Below, one piece after another: positions 37,631 through 48,480 of a stretch of 64,000 bases of DNA. The notes below the pieces were generated by a model that was not told the origin of the DNA, did not search any database, and worked only from the letters and a program-made list of their open reading frames with translations. Made by a program: the position numbers and the translations under genes. The stretch covers positions 64,001 to 128,000 of the forward strand of contig CAWBYW010000004.1 of NCBI GenBank assembly GCA_963792965.1, written 5' to 3'. Positions within the stretch are counted from its first letter, which is position 1, and every line of letters starts with the position of its first letter. Source of the DNA: an uncultured delta proteobacterium. GTDB lineage: Bacteria; Desulfobacterota; Zymogenia; Zymogenales; Zymogenaceae.

Positions 37631-39843
37631 ATGCCAAAAGCAGTCGAAAAGATAAAGAAACCCGTTGGATGGGACGGCAAGACCCTGAAGGAAATGCTGG
37701 ATACGCTCCCGCGAAGAGTTCGAGAAAACCGGGAGCTACTGGGGCGTGAAAAAGCTCACGCTCAAGGAAAAGGACCCGCTCAAATACGAGCGGCTTTATT
37801 CGCGCCTGCGCGGGATGATGGTGGCGTCCCGCGAGGCGGCCGTCAGGGTGAGCGCTTCGCCGATCGTCAAGGAGCTGGGCGAGCTCTGCTTTGCGCTCTA
37901 CACTCCGGAGGGAGACTCGGTGGTGCTTTCCACCGGGATCATCGTCCATGTGCACACCATGAGCATGGCCATCAAGTGGATGATCGACAACGACTACGAG
38001 GCGGACCCGGGGATTGACCCCGGCGACGTCTTCGGCAACAACGACCCCCTCATCGGCGACGCCCACACCGCCGACGTGCAGAGCCTCACCCCGATATTCT
38101 ACAAAGACGAGGTGATCGGCTGGGTCGGCGCGGTCACCCACGTCATGGACTGCGGCGGCGTCGATGCCGGGGGGCTGCCGATTATGACGATCAACCGTTT
38201 CGGCGACGGGCTCTACCTCTCGTGCGAAAAGGTGGGGACAAACTGGAAGCTCAGGCGAGACTACGAGATACGCTGCGACCGCAACCTCAGATATCCGCTC
38301 TTCTGGCACCTGGACGAAAAGGCGCGGCTTGCCGGCTCGCAGATCGTCCACTCAACGATCGCAGGGATCATCGACGAGTTCGGAGTAGACTACTACAAGA
38401 GATTCATGCACGAGGTGATCGAGGAAGGGCGGCAGATCTTTACGCGGAGGGCCACCGAGCGGCTCTTCCCGGGCGTCTTTCGATCGGTCTCGTTTTACGA
38501 TGTCGACCAGAAGGACGCGCCGCTGCCCCTCATCGCGGCAAAGGACATGATCATGCATGCGCCGGTCAAGGTCGAGATCAAGCCGGACGGGCAGCTGATC
38601 TTCGACATGGCGGGCACCAACCGCTGGAACTACCACCCGGCCAACTGTTCCATCTCGGCGATGCAGGGGGGCTTCTGGGTCTCCATCACCCAGATGCTTG
38701 CCTACGACGGCAAGGTCAACGACGGGGCATATCTTGCCACCGTCCAGCACTACCCGTACGGCTCATGGGCCAATCCCGATAACCCCCACGTCTCCAACTC
38801 GGCGACATGGGGGCCCCTCATGAGCACCTATAACAACCTGTACCGTTGCCTCTCGCGGAGCTTCTTCGGCAGGGGGTTTCGGGAGGAGATGCTGGCGGGC
38901 TACGGGAACAACTCGATGTGCCAGCTCGGCGGGACCGACCAATACGGGCGGCCGCTGGGGATCATCAACTTCGAGCTCTCGGCGGCCGGGTGCGGGGCGC
39001 GCTCGGTCATGGACGGCCTGGATACCGGCTACGCCGTCTGGAACACGGAGGCCGACCAGGGCAATGTGGAGATCTGGGAGTTGTTCATCCCGAAGGTTTA
39101 TCTGGGCAGAAGCCTGACGCCGGATTCGGCCGGTATGGGCAAGTACCGGGGCGGCTCGGGGTTCCATAGCGTTTACCTCTTCTGGAACTCGAACAACGTC
39201 GAGGTTGTCAGCGCGGGTCCCGGAAAGGTTTTCGATAACTGCGGCCTCTTCGGTGCCTATCCAGGCGCCCGGGTCATGCGGCATAAGGAGATGGTGCTCA
39301 ATTCCAACATCAAAGAGCTTGTCGGCAAATTCCTCCCTTATCCCACCCGGGAGGGCGACCCTAATAACCCCGACATCATGACGATGCTCGAGGGCGACAA
39401 GAAAATCCTCGACTGTTCCATGATGCACCCGATCCCGATGAAGACTGGCGATGTCTTCATCCAGCACTATCAGGGTGGGCCGGGCTACGGCGATCCCATC
39501 GAGCGCGATCCCGAGGCGGTCGTGCACGACCTTAATAACAACACGGCGCTCCCCTCAAAGGCCCGCGACGTCTACGGGGTGGCGGCCCGATACGATGAGA
39601 GGGAGAAGACGTGGAAGTGCGATCCCGAAGAGACGAAGAAGATCAGGGAGGCGATCCGAGCCGCGCGTCGGGAAAGGGGCATCCCAACGAAGGAATGGGT
39701 TGAGAAGACACGGGAAAGAGATCGCCAAAAAGGAGATCTCCGAGGTCGTGGCGATGATGTATAAGGAGAGCATGGAGCTATCGCCCGAGTTCGCCAAGGA
39801 GTTTAAAGAGTTCTGGGGACTCCCCGCAGATTTCACGTTCTAA
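37631..39843 (+). CDS. acxB: Acetone carboxylase alpha subunit-like (frameshifts near 37710 and 39715)
   Basis: GWDGKTLKEM, GELCF, GIIVHVHTM, HTAD, THVMD, GKYRGG, GPGYGDP, FKEFWGLP. Confidence 0.88.
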
Positions 39844-39863
39844 CGCGAGTACAGGAGGTCGTG

Positions 39864-40364
39864 ATGCCTACCTATACCAAGGAGATAATAGCCGACCTGA
39901 TCGACGGGAGGCTTCCCTGGGCCACGCTGAAAAATATCATGAGCGGTACCAAGGACCCCGATCGGTTCGAAAAATATCTTGAGATCCTCCAGGAGCGGGT
40001 GTCCTGGAAGGAAAAAATCCTCGTCCCCGTCGCCGAGCACCTCTATGTCGTCCAGAAGGGGGATAGACGCGTCGTCAAGTGTGACTGCGGCCATGAGTTC
40101 GGCGACTATCGCGTCAACTGGAAATTGTCCGCCCTCATCCACGTCAGAGATACCGACGAAAAGATGGGCGAGATATTCGAGGGACTGCATAAGCCCGACA
40201 TACAATGGTCCGAGATCCGGGAGTATTACTGCCCGGGGTGCGCCGCCCAGCTCGAGGTGGAGGCCGTCACCCCCGGTTATCCGATCCTTTTCGACTTCCT
40301 GCCGGATATCGACGGGTTTTACGAATTGCGTCCTGACCTCAAGAAGAAGGTCATGGGAAAGTAG
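39864..40364 (+). CDS. acxC: Acetone carboxylase gamma subunit
   Basis: KDPDRF, VKCDCGHEFGDYRVNWKL, REYYCPGC, FDFLPDID. Confidence 0.92.
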   Translation: MPTYTKEIIADLIDGRLPWATLKNIMSGTKDPDRFEKYLEILQERVSWKEKILVPVAEHLYVVQKGDRRVVKCDCGHEFGDYRVNWKLSALIHVRDTDEKMGEIFEGLHKPDIQWSEIREYYCPGCAAQLEVEAVTPGYPILFDFLPDIDGFYELRPDLKKKVMGK

Positions 40365-40512
40365 AGAGGTCGGCGTCGCCGGGATACCGGCCTGCGGGCG
40401 GTGTGGGTGCCGTCCGCCCGGCTCATTTCGCGCGATGGATAAAGGAAACGGTTGCCGTCGCCGGCCTTCCTATGGTATAGTTCACATACGGTAACGGAGA
40501 AAGGGAAGTCCC

Positions 40513-41268
40513 ATGGAAGTACGCCTCGATAACAAGATCATGCTCGTGACCGGCGCCGCCATCGGAATCGGCAGGGAGATCGCACGGGAGGCCGCCCGGG
40601 CCGGCGCGTTGGTGGCCGTCAACTACCGTACGAGCGAAAGGGAGGCCCAGACGCTTAGTGAGGAGATCGAGGGAGAGGGGGGGTGCTGCTGCCTGGTGCG
40701 GGCCGACGTCTCCGAAGAAGATCAGGTCATACGGATGTTCAGAGAGGTGACCGAGAAGCTCGGGGGGCCCCCCGAATGTCTGGTCAACAACGCCGGCTCG
40801 ATGGTCGAGCGCAAACCGATCGCGGAGATGGACGTCGCCGTCTGGGACAAGGTGACGGCGGTCAATCTACGCTCGGTCTTCCTCTGCTCCCGGGAGGCCC
40901 TCAAGTCGATGATCCCGAAGAAGAGCGGCGTCATCGTCAATATCTCGTCGATCGCCGCCTATACGGGTGGGGGACCTGGGGCCAGCGCCTATGCGTCAAC
41001 TAAGGGGGCGATAAACACTTTCACGGTAGGGCTTGCGCGCGAGGTGGCAAAACACAACATCCGGGTGGTGGCGGTGGCGCCCGGCGTCATCGACACGCCG
41101 TTTCACGATAAGTTCACCAGCCCCGAGCGGAAACGTCAGTTTGAGAAGATGATCCCGATCGGTCGGGTAGGGCACGCCTCGGATATCGCGCCTCTGGTGA
41201 TCTTTTTGGCCTCCGACCTTGCGTCATTTGCCACGGGCCACCATTTCGATATTACCGGGGGTATGTGA
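40513..41268 (+). CDS. SDR family oxidoreductase
   Basis: TGAAIGIG, LVNNAG, YASTK, APGVIDT. Confidence 0.92.
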   Translation: MEVRLDNKIMLVTGAAIGIGREIAREAARAGALVAVNYRTSEREAQTLSEEIEGEGGCCCLVRADVSEEDQVIRMFREVTEKLGGPPECLVNNAGSMVERKPIAEMDVAVWDKVTAVNLRSVFLCSREALKSMIPKKSGVIVNISSIAAYTGGGPGASAYASTKGAINTFTVGLAREVAKHNIRVVAVAPGVIDTPFHDKFTSPERKRQFEKMIPIGRVGHASDIAPLVIFLASDLASFATGHHFDITGGM

Positions 41269-41274
41269 GAAGCC

Positions 41275-42342
41275 ATGAAAAAGGTATTCGTCGAGGAGCT
41301 GAGAGAACGGCAGGGTCAGACGGTCGATACGACGTTTCTGGTGCGGGATAAGATGCTTTCAGCCACGAAGGACGGCCGTCCCTACATCAGGCTTGCTCTC
41401 TTAGACCGTACGGGGAAGGTGGAGGCCAGGATCTGGGAGCGTACCGACCAGGAGAATCATATCGGCCGGACGTTCGAGGCCTTCAAGCGCAACGACATCG
41501 TCAGGATCAGGGGACGCGTGGAGAGCTTCAAAGACGCGCTCCAGATCAATGTCGAGAGCGTCGAGCAGGCAACCGAAAGTATCGACATCGCCGATTACCT
41601 GCTCAAGGGCACCAAGAACGTTGACGAGCTGACGAAAGACTTCACCAAGATCGTCGCCGGCATGAAAAACCCTCACCTCAAACACCTCCTGTTCGCTTTT
41701 CTGAAGGACACTGACTTCATGGCGCACTTTACCGTCGCCCCCGCCGCCAAGAAGCTCCACCAGGCCTACCTCGGCGGGCTGATCGAGCACACGCACAACC
41801 TCGTGCGGATGGCGCTGGATATCTCTAAGTACTACGGCCAGGTCAACGGCGAGCTCCTCGTCACCGGCGCGTTCCTGCACGACATCGGCAAGATCCACGA
41901 GCTCGAGTATGGGCGGGGATTTGACTACTCCGACAAGGGGCGATTCCTCGGGCACCTCTTCATCGGGGCCCGAATGGTCGACGAAAAGATCGCCGCGATC
42001 GTGGACTTCCCCGAGGCGCTCAAGAACATGGTGCTCCACCTCATCCTCTCCCACCACGGGGTCCATGAGTACGGCGCGCCGGTCCTCCCGGCGACGCTTG
42101 AGGCGATCATCCTGTTTCAGATCGACGACCTGGACGCCAAGGTATGGGGGTTCACCGCCGAACAGGCAAGATCGGAAAACATCGAGGGGAACTGGACAAG
42201 CTTCTCAAACGTCTACGGCCGCTTCATCTACAAGGGAGACACCTTCCTCGGGGTGGGCGAGGACGAGGCGGAGCGAAGGGAGAGAAAGAAGCGGGAGCTG
42301 TCGGGCAAAAAGCTGATGCTGGGCCTCTTCGACGAGGAATGA
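41275..42342 (+). CDS. YhaM/Cbf1-like 3'-5' exoribonuclease (OB fold + HD)
   Basis: DRTGKVEARIW, APAAKKLH, GGLIEHT, LHDIGK, SHHG, DDLDAK. Confidence 0.88.
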   Translation: MKKVFVEELRERQGQTVDTTFLVRDKMLSATKDGRPYIRLALLDRTGKVEARIWERTDQENHIGRTFEAFKRNDIVRIRGRVESFKDALQINVESVEQATESIDIADYLLKGTKNVDELTKDFTKIVAGMKNPHLKHLLFAFLKDTDFMAHFTVAPAAKKLHQAYLGGLIEHTHNLVRMALDISKYYGQVNGELLVTGAFLHDIGKIHELEYGRGFDYSDKGRFLGHLFIGARMVDEKIAAIVDFPEALKNMVLHLILSHHGVHEYGAPVLPATLEAIILFQIDDLDAKVWGFTAEQARSENIEGNWTSFSNVYGRFIYKGDTFLGVGEDEAERRERKKRELSGKKLMLGLFDEE

Positions 42343-42406
42343 GAGTGGCGGGGCCGCCCCGGCCCGCCCGGATACCGCCTTTATTCGGCACATCGCCGGA
42401 AAACCA

Positions 42407-43843
42407 CTACGATAGAAGATCGAGGGCGCGAGCTATCCGCCTTTTCACGAGATCGGGGCCGATCGTCTCGGCGATCCGGTCCAGGGCCGGTCCGTGCTCC
42501 ATTCCGGTGAGCGCTGCCCGAATCGGCATGAGGAGGTCCCTGCCGACGCGTCCGGTAAGCTCGGAGACGTCCGAGAACGCGGCACGGTAGGCCTCGGCGG
42601 AGAGTTCCTTCATCTCGCCTATTCGTTTTAGCAGAATGCTGAGGACTGTTTTGGAATCATCACCGGACAAGACGTCACGGGCCGATTCGTCTATGGGCGG
42701 AAGCTCGTCGAAGAAGACGGGCATAAGCGCGGCGGCCTCATTGAGGGTCGAGATGTTGTCCCTGATGCAATCGGCAAAGCGGACGACGGAAATGCCGCGG
42801 GGCCCGTCGGCAGTATAGCCGTGGGTGCTCACGATCGGCGCGAGGCGCGCCGCAAGGTCCTCGGGCGAGAGGCCGCGGATCGCCGCGGCGTTTATCCGCC
42901 TTATTTTATCGACGTCCACCTTCACGCCCCCCCTTCCGAGCCGCTCGATATCAAAATCACGGGCGATCGCCTCGGTGGAGAGGACCCGCTTACCGGTATG
43001 CGCCGGGTTGCCGATAGAGGCAAGGTAGTTCAATATCGCCTCGGGGATGAACCCCTCCGCGATCAGACTCTCGATGTCAAAACCACCTTCCCGTTTCTTG
43101 ATCTTCTCGCCCGATTCGCTCAAGAGGAGCGGCAGATGCGCAAACGTCGGCACGCTATGCCCGAGGGCGTGGTAGATGAGAATCTGGCGCGGCGTGTTGG
43201 GGAGATGATCCTCCCCGCGGATGACATGGCTGATTCCCATGAGGGCATCGTCCACGGCCGAGGAAAAATTGTAGACGGCCGCGCCGTCGGCCCTGACGAT
43301 GACAAAGTCGCCGAAGGCGTCGGGGGAAAAGGCAACCTGCCCGTGGACGAGGTCATCGATGCGGATCTCTCCGAAATCAGCTTTGAACCGGACGGCGAAG
43401 GGCTCGCCGGTCCGGGCGGCGATATCCGGCTCAGTAAGACGGCGGCATCGGCCGGAATAGCGCGGCGGCCGCCCTTTGGCCGCCGCCTCCCTCCGCTCCT
43501 CGGCCAGCATCTCATCGGTGCAAAAACAGCGATAGGCGCGGCCCTCACTGAGCAGACGATCGGCGATTTCGGTATATCGCGAGCGGCGCTCGCTCTGGCG
43601 GTAGGGGCCCAGCACCCCCCCGAAAGTAGGCCCTTCATCCGGCTTGATGCCGAGCCAGAGGAGCTCATCGATGATTATTTGCTCCGCCGCTGGGTCGAAT
43701 CGTTTTTCGTCGGTGTCCTCGATTCGGAGAACGAAAACGCCCCCGCTCTTCTTGGCGAAGAGCCAGTTTGTGACGGCGATGCGGGCGTTGCCGAGGTGCA
43801 GGGGGCCGGTGGGACTGGGGGCGAACCGGACTCTGACAGTCAT
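42407..43843 (-). CDS. gltX: Glutamate--tRNA ligase
   Basis: RVRFAPSPTG.LHLGN, RIEDTD, PYRQSER, VIRGEDH; the KMSKS-equivalent motif reads KIKKR. Confidence 0.92.
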   Translation of the reverse strand: MTVRVRFAPSPTGPLHLGNARIAVTNWLFAKKSGGVFVLRIEDTDEKRFDPAAEQIIIDELLWLGIKPDEGPTFGGVLGPYRQSERRSRYTEIADRLLSEGRAYRCFCTDEMLAEERREAAAKGRPPRYSGRCRRLTEPDIAARTGEPFAVRFKADFGEIRIDDLVHGQVAFSPDAFGDFVIVRADGAAVYNFSSAVDDALMGISHVIRGEDHLPNTPRQILIYHALGHSVPTFAHLPLLLSESGEKIKKREGGFDIESLIAEGFIPEAILNYLASIGNPAHTGKRVLSTEAIARDFDIERLGRGGVKVDVDKIRRINAAAIRGLSPEDLAARLAPIVSTHGYTADGPRGISVVRFADCIRDNISTLNEAAALMPVFFDELPPIDESARDVLSGDDSKTVLSILLKRIGEMKELSAEAYRAAFSDVSELTGRVGRDLLMPIRAALTGMEHGPALDRIAETIGPDLVKRRIARALDLLS

Positions 43844-44319
43844 AGCTTTTCTTCGACCAGGGTTACCGCGACCCACGCGGCGATTCCCTCGCCCTTTCCG
43901 AGGAATCCGAGTCCCTCGTTGGTCTTCGCCTTCACGCTGACGCGTACCGGGTCGGTCTTGAGCGTGCCGGCGATTTTTTCTTCGATAGGGGTGATATAGT
44001 CTTTCAGCCGGGGACGCTCGGCGATGATCACGGCATCGACGTTATGTATCGACAGTCCCTTTGCGGTAGCGTTGCCGTAGGCGGCTTTGAGGAGCTCTAT
44101 GCTGTCGGCATCTTTATAGCGCACATCTGTGTCGGGAAAGAGGCGGCCGATATCTCCCAAGTGCGCCGCGCCGAGGATCGCGTCGATCAGGGCGTGGATA
44201 AGAACGTCCGCGTCGGAGTGTCCCGACAGGCCCTTCTCGTGGGGTATCGTGACTCCTCCGATGATCAGTCTCCTGCCCGGGACGAGCCGGTGCACGTCAT
44301 AGCCGATGCCGATTCTCAT
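43840..44319 (-). CDS. ispF: 2-C-methyl-D-erythritol 2,4-cyclodiphosphate synthase
   Basis: MRIGIGYDVH, GHSDADV, GDIG, KAKTNEGLG. Confidence 0.97.
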   Translation of the reverse strand: MRIGIGYDVHRLVPGRRLIIGGVTIPHEKGLSGHSDADVLIHALIDAILGAAHLGDIGRLFPDTDVRYKDADSIELLKAAYGNATAKGLSIHNVDAVIIAERPRLKDYITPIEEKIAGTLKTDPVRVSVKAKTNEGLGFLGKGEGIAAWVAVTLVEEKL

Positions 44320-44332
44320 ATGATACCGATAT

Positions 44333-44360
44333 AAAAAGGCCCGGAAGAGCTCCGGGCCGC
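44333..44360 (-). terminator. Intrinsic terminator between the PIN/TRAM gene and ispF
   Basis: Minus strand GGCCCGGA-GCTCT-TCCGGGCC-TTTTT. Confidence 0.6.
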
Positions 44361-44376
44361 GTGAGTCCGCGCGCGA

Positions 44377-45402
44377 TTAGCCGTTTTCCACAAATCTATC
44401 CCCGCCCTCTCCCTTGAGAACCGTGAATATCATCCTACCCGCTGTGGTCTGGAGGACCGATGTCACCGCGACGTCTATGTTTCTGCCGAGATACTGTTTC
44501 GCGTTATCCACCACGACCATCGTCCCGTCGTCGAGGTAGGCGACACCCTGGCCTTCTTCCTTACCCTCTTTGAGGATACGCACGTTCATCACTTCGCCGG
44601 GCAACACCACGGGCTTCAGCGCATTTGCCAGCTGGTTGATGTTGAGGACCTCTATCCCCTGGAGCTCGGCCACCTTATTCAGATTGAAATCGTTGGTGAT
44701 GATCTTTCCCTTGTTCTTCTGGGCAAGCGCGATGAGCTTGTCGTCCACTTCCCTGATCTTGGGGAAATCGACATCGATGATCTTGACTTCCAGCCCGATC
44801 TGCTTCTGGAGTTTATTGAGGATATCCAGCCCGCGTCTGCCTCTCGTCCTCTTGATGGGGTCGGAGGAATCTGCGATGTGCTGGAGTTCCCGCAGCACGA
44901 ACTGAGGAATGACGATCGTGCCTTCGACAAATCCCGTCTCGCAAAGGTCCGATATTCGCCCGTCGATGATAACCGACGTATCGAGTATCTTATAGCTCTC
45001 TTCCTTCTCCTTTTCGGCCGGCGCTCTCTTAAAGAGGGTGAAGGTGATGTCTTCGCCCTTCTTGATTCCGATACCCGCGCCCAGATACCCAAACAGGATA
45101 TTGGTCAGGATGTAAAAGGCGATTGTGCTCGGATCGGGTTTAAGCAGCTGGAAGACAAGGGTGTACGAAACGATATTGGCGGCGATGATACCGACGACCA
45201 TACCAACAACGCCCGAGACAATCACCTTCAATTCGGTCTTTTTCGCCCAGGTTATCGCGATGATGACCAGGATCGCCAACAGAGCTCCGAAGAGGGCGCC
45301 CATTATCGAGGGATAGGGGAAAAACGGAAATATCGGACCCGCGAGGTACCCGAAAAGCGCGCTAAAAATGATCAGAAGCCCACGCAAAATGTAGGTATAC
45401 AA
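44377..45402 (-). CDS. Membrane PIN/TRAM-domain protein (YacL family)
   Basis: [42 protein letters not shown]. Confidence 0.94.
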   Translation of the reverse strand: MYTYILRGLLIIFSALFGYLAGPIFPFFPYPSIMGALFGALLAILVIIAITWAKKTELKVIVSGVVGMVVGIIAANIVSYTLVFQLLKPDPSTIAFYILTNILFGYLGAGIGIKKGEDITFTLFKRAPAEKEKEESYKILDTSVIIDGRISDLCETGFVEGTIVIPQFVLRELQHIADSSDPIKRTRGRRGLDILNKLQKQIGLEVKIIDVDFPKIREVDDKLIALAQKNKGKIITNDFNLNKVAELQGIEVLNINQLANALKPVVLPGEVMNVRILKEGKEEGQGVAYLDDGTMVVVDNAKQYLGRNIDVAVTSVLQTTAGRMIFTVLKGEGGDRFVENG

Positions 45403-45589
45403 AATATACTCACCTCCCATAAGTACTCTGGTAATATACCATCTCACCTGCACAGTGCAATCATCGCAGATGTCATATCACCATCTGATACAATTATACT
45501 ATAAATTGGGTAATAAGTGAACACGTTTCAAAAAAAAGATTTCTTTGTGGAAGGTGGCAGGAACGGCGATGAGGGAAGGTTTCTCGGAT

Positions 45590-46090
45590 TCAGATTGTCT
45601 CTTTATCCTTTACGAAGATATTTACCAAATCAGACCGTATCTTAGTTTCATCAGTCCCTTGGGCGATGGCAAGTTCCTTCACGAGAAGGGTCGTCGCCAT
45701 ATCCAACAGCTTGCGCTCTCCGAAGGAGAGCTCTTTTTCCTGCTTTAATATATATAAGTCCCGCAAGACGGCGGCGATCTCAAAAACAGAACCGGTCTTT
45801 ATCTTTTCCATGTATTCGCGATATCTTCTGTTCCATGTTTGATTATCGATCTCAATCCCTTTTTCGCACAGTATGTCGTAGACCTCCTTAACCCTTTTTC
45901 TTGATATGATCTGCCTCAACCCAACGTTCTTGATGTTACACGACGGGATCATGATGGTCATTCCATTATCCATGATACGCATGGTATAAAAGAGCTGACA
46001 CGTCCCCGAAATTATTTTTTCTTCGATGGATTCAATGACTCCAACACCGTGTGCCGGATATACTGCAAGATCCCCGACTTTAAACATCAT
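45590..46090 (-). CDS. carD: CarD-family transcription regulator
   Basis: FKVGDLAVYPAHGVG, WNRRYREYMEKIKTG, LSFGERK. Confidence 0.95.
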   Translation of the reverse strand: MMFKVGDLAVYPAHGVGVIESIEEKIISGTCQLFYTMRIMDNGMTIMIPSCNIKNVGLRQIISRKRVKEVYDILCEKGIEIDNQTWNRRYREYMEKIKTGSVFEIAAVLRDLYILKQEKELSFGERKLLDMATTLLVKELAIAQGTDETKIRSDLVNIFVKDKETI

Positions 46091-46172
46091 GGCTCACCCT
46101 CCTCGGGCGAATGGTTGTCCCTCCTCTCAGCATGGGAAACTGAACATGAGCACATAGCGATTTCGTTCTTTA

Positions 46173-46901
46173 TCATTGTTCCTTGGATCGATACAACGGC
46201 TTCAATATGATTTCGATTCGTCGGTTGCGGGCCTTGCCCTCTTCGTTTCCGTTATCGGCAACCGGATGGTACTCGGAATAACCCGATGCGGCGATGACGG
46301 TGGGGTCGATCCCCACGGTTTCCTGAAGGTATCTCACAACCACGACTGCCCGCGCGGTGGAGAGCTCCCAGTTGGTGGGAAACCTTCCTTTGAGGGCCGG
46401 GCTGATGGGGACGTTATCGGTGTGCCCCTCCACCACGATCATCTTATCCTTAACGTCTTTGAGGATGTCTCCGACCCTCTTAAGGACCTGGAGGCCTTCC
46501 GGCTTGATCACGGTTTTGCCTGAATCGAACAGGATCTTATCCAGAACGTTGACCGAAAGCTCGCCCCTCAGGTTGGTAATCTCGATATTACCGTCGTCAA
46601 TCTCCTTCTTCAGCTCGTCTATCAGGTCATTGTAAGTCTCGTCCGATTTTTCGATCTCATCTCTTTTTTGCTTGTCCGTTCTGGATAGTTCTTCGACTTT
46701 CGCCTGAGCCTGGTCGAGCTCGGCGTCCTTCACCTCGAGATCTGCCTGTGATTTATCGAGGAGGTTTTTTAGCTTAAAGGTTTCGTCGTCCTTCGCCTGT
46801 AACTCGACAGCGGCGGGCCGGTATTTGTATACGTAAAACCAGCCGGATAGGGCGGTTACTGCTATCAGAAGGGCGATGAGTGAGCCGGTAACATACTTCA
46901 T
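46173..46901 (-). CDS. OmpA/MotB-family membrane-anchored protein
   Basis: TM + coiled coil + ILFDSG, VEGHTDN, NWELSTARA, RNRRIEI. Confidence 0.9.
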   Translation of the reverse strand: MKYVTGSLIALLIAVTALSGWFYVYKYRPAAVELQAKDDETFKLKNLLDKSQADLEVKDAELDQAQAKVEELSRTDKQKRDEIEKSDETYNDLIDELKKEIDDGNIEITNLRGELSVNVLDKILFDSGKTVIKPEGLQVLKRVGDILKDVKDKMIVVEGHTDNVPISPALKGRFPTNWELSTARAVVVVRYLQETVGIDPTVIAASGYSEYHPVADNGNEEGKARNRRIEIILKPLYRSKEQ

Positions 46902-47066
46902 AATACAAAATACCAATGAGGCTATTTTATCATTAGAAACGCGCTGTGTCAAACATATTTGTCCCACTTTTTTCGCGGACGTTTTGAGCAGCGTGGGACG
47001 TCCCCCCCTCTCTCCTTGCCGGTCATGCCTGCGGCCGCAGGTACGGTTCTTTCTTTTTCCTATGCC

Positions 47067-48365
47067 TTAAGGCCCGCGGCGCCTCGAATTTCCCGGTCCA
47101 CGCGATTCCGCCATCCGTATGCCGCGCTTTTGTCTTACCTGCGTCAGGATAATTCCCCCCGCGATAAAGAAGAAGACAATGGAGACGATGGAAATCCTGC
47201 TGGATCCAGTGAGCTGAGCCACCAGGCCGAAGATAAAGGGTCCGAGGATTCCCGACACCTTTGAACTGACGTCATAGAAGCCGTAAAACTCAGCGGTCTT
47301 GCTCTTGGGGATCATGGATCCGTAAAGGGAGCGGGAAAGGGCCTGGGACCCTCCCTGGACCATGGCGACAAAGACGGCGAGGATCCAGAAATGGAGGGCA
47401 TTCTGAATGAAATATCCGCCGACGGCGATCCCGGTATATATTACCAGCGATACGAGAATCGCGCTCTTGGCCGAGAAGCGCCGGGCGATTCGGCCGAAGA
47501 GGAGGGTAAACGGGATTCCCAGAAACTGTACCATGAGGATTGCCCCGATAAGGTCGGTCTGGGCAATACCGATCTCCGACCCGAAGATAGTCGCCATGAC
47601 GATTATCGTGCCGATGCCATCGTTGTAGAGCCAATAGGCGATCAACATTTTGAACGTTTCCTCGAATTTCCTGATCTCCGAAAAGGTTTTGGCCAGCCGC
47701 TGAAAACCGGCGGCAACGGGGTTTCTGAATTCACCTTTCATGACGGTGGCGGGCGGCTCCGGGACGTTGAGCATGACCGGTATCGTGAAGAGGGCCCACC
47801 ATATCCCCACCGTCAGGAAAGAAATACGGGACCCCCATTCCGCGTTTGGTATGCCGAATAACTCCGGCTTCATGATCATGGCAAGATTGACGGCAAGCAG
47901 GATGCCTCCTCCGAGATACCCGAGTGCGTATCCCTGGCTGGACACCGTATCGATCCGATCGCCGGCGATATGCGGCAACAGCGAGTCGTTGAAGATGATA
48001 GAGCTGGTAAAGGAGATGTTGCCGAGGATGTAGAAGAGCGAGGCCAGCAGCCAGTCGCCGGTGGATACCATGATCAGCAAAGCCGAAGCGATGGAGCCGG
48101 TCAGAGCGAAAAATCCCATGAATTTTTTTCGGGCGCCGCTGTGATCCGCGATCGCGCCAAGGATGGGTGACAGAAACGCGCCGACGATCATCGCGGCGGT
48201 GACGGTGTATCCCCAGTAGGCGGAGGCGATGTTCGGCTTCAAGCTCGCCCCGGCGACCTTCGAAAAAAAGGTCGGCAGAACCGCCGCCATAATCGTTGTG
48301 GCGAAGGCGGAGTTGGCCCAATCGTACATACACCAACTGAAGATGACCTTTCGATTCGATGTCAT
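47067..48365 (-). CDS. MFS transporter (UMF1/Atg22-like)
   Basis: WCMYDWANSAF, GYALGYLGG, YNDG, GGSQALSRS. Confidence 0.9.
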   Translation of the reverse strand: MTSNRKVIFSWCMYDWANSAFATTIMAAVLPTFFSKVAGASLKPNIASAYWGYTVTAAMIVGAFLSPILGAIADHSGARKKFMGFFALTGSIASALLIMVSTGDWLLASLFYILGNISFTSSIIFNDSLLPHIAGDRIDTVSSQGYALGYLGGGILLAVNLAMIMKPELFGIPNAEWGSRISFLTVGIWWALFTIPVMLNVPEPPATVMKGEFRNPVAAGFQRLAKTFSEIRKFEETFKMLIAYWLYNDGIGTIIVMATIFGSEIGIAQTDLIGAILMVQFLGIPFTLLFGRIARRFSAKSAILVSLVIYTGIAVGGYFIQNALHFWILAVFVAMVQGGSQALSRSLYGSMIPKSKTAEFYGFYDVSSKVSGILGPFIFGLVAQLTGSSRISIVSIVFFFIAGGIILTQVRQKRGIRMAESRGPGNSRRRGP

Positions 48366-48480
48366 AAAGGCTCCTCCACAAGAAATATCTCTTATTATAA
48401 TAGAGAATTGCCGCACGCTCAAATCAAAAAAGGCGCTCGGATACTCGTCCCTTGACAGAAGCGACGATGCGGAATAAGAT

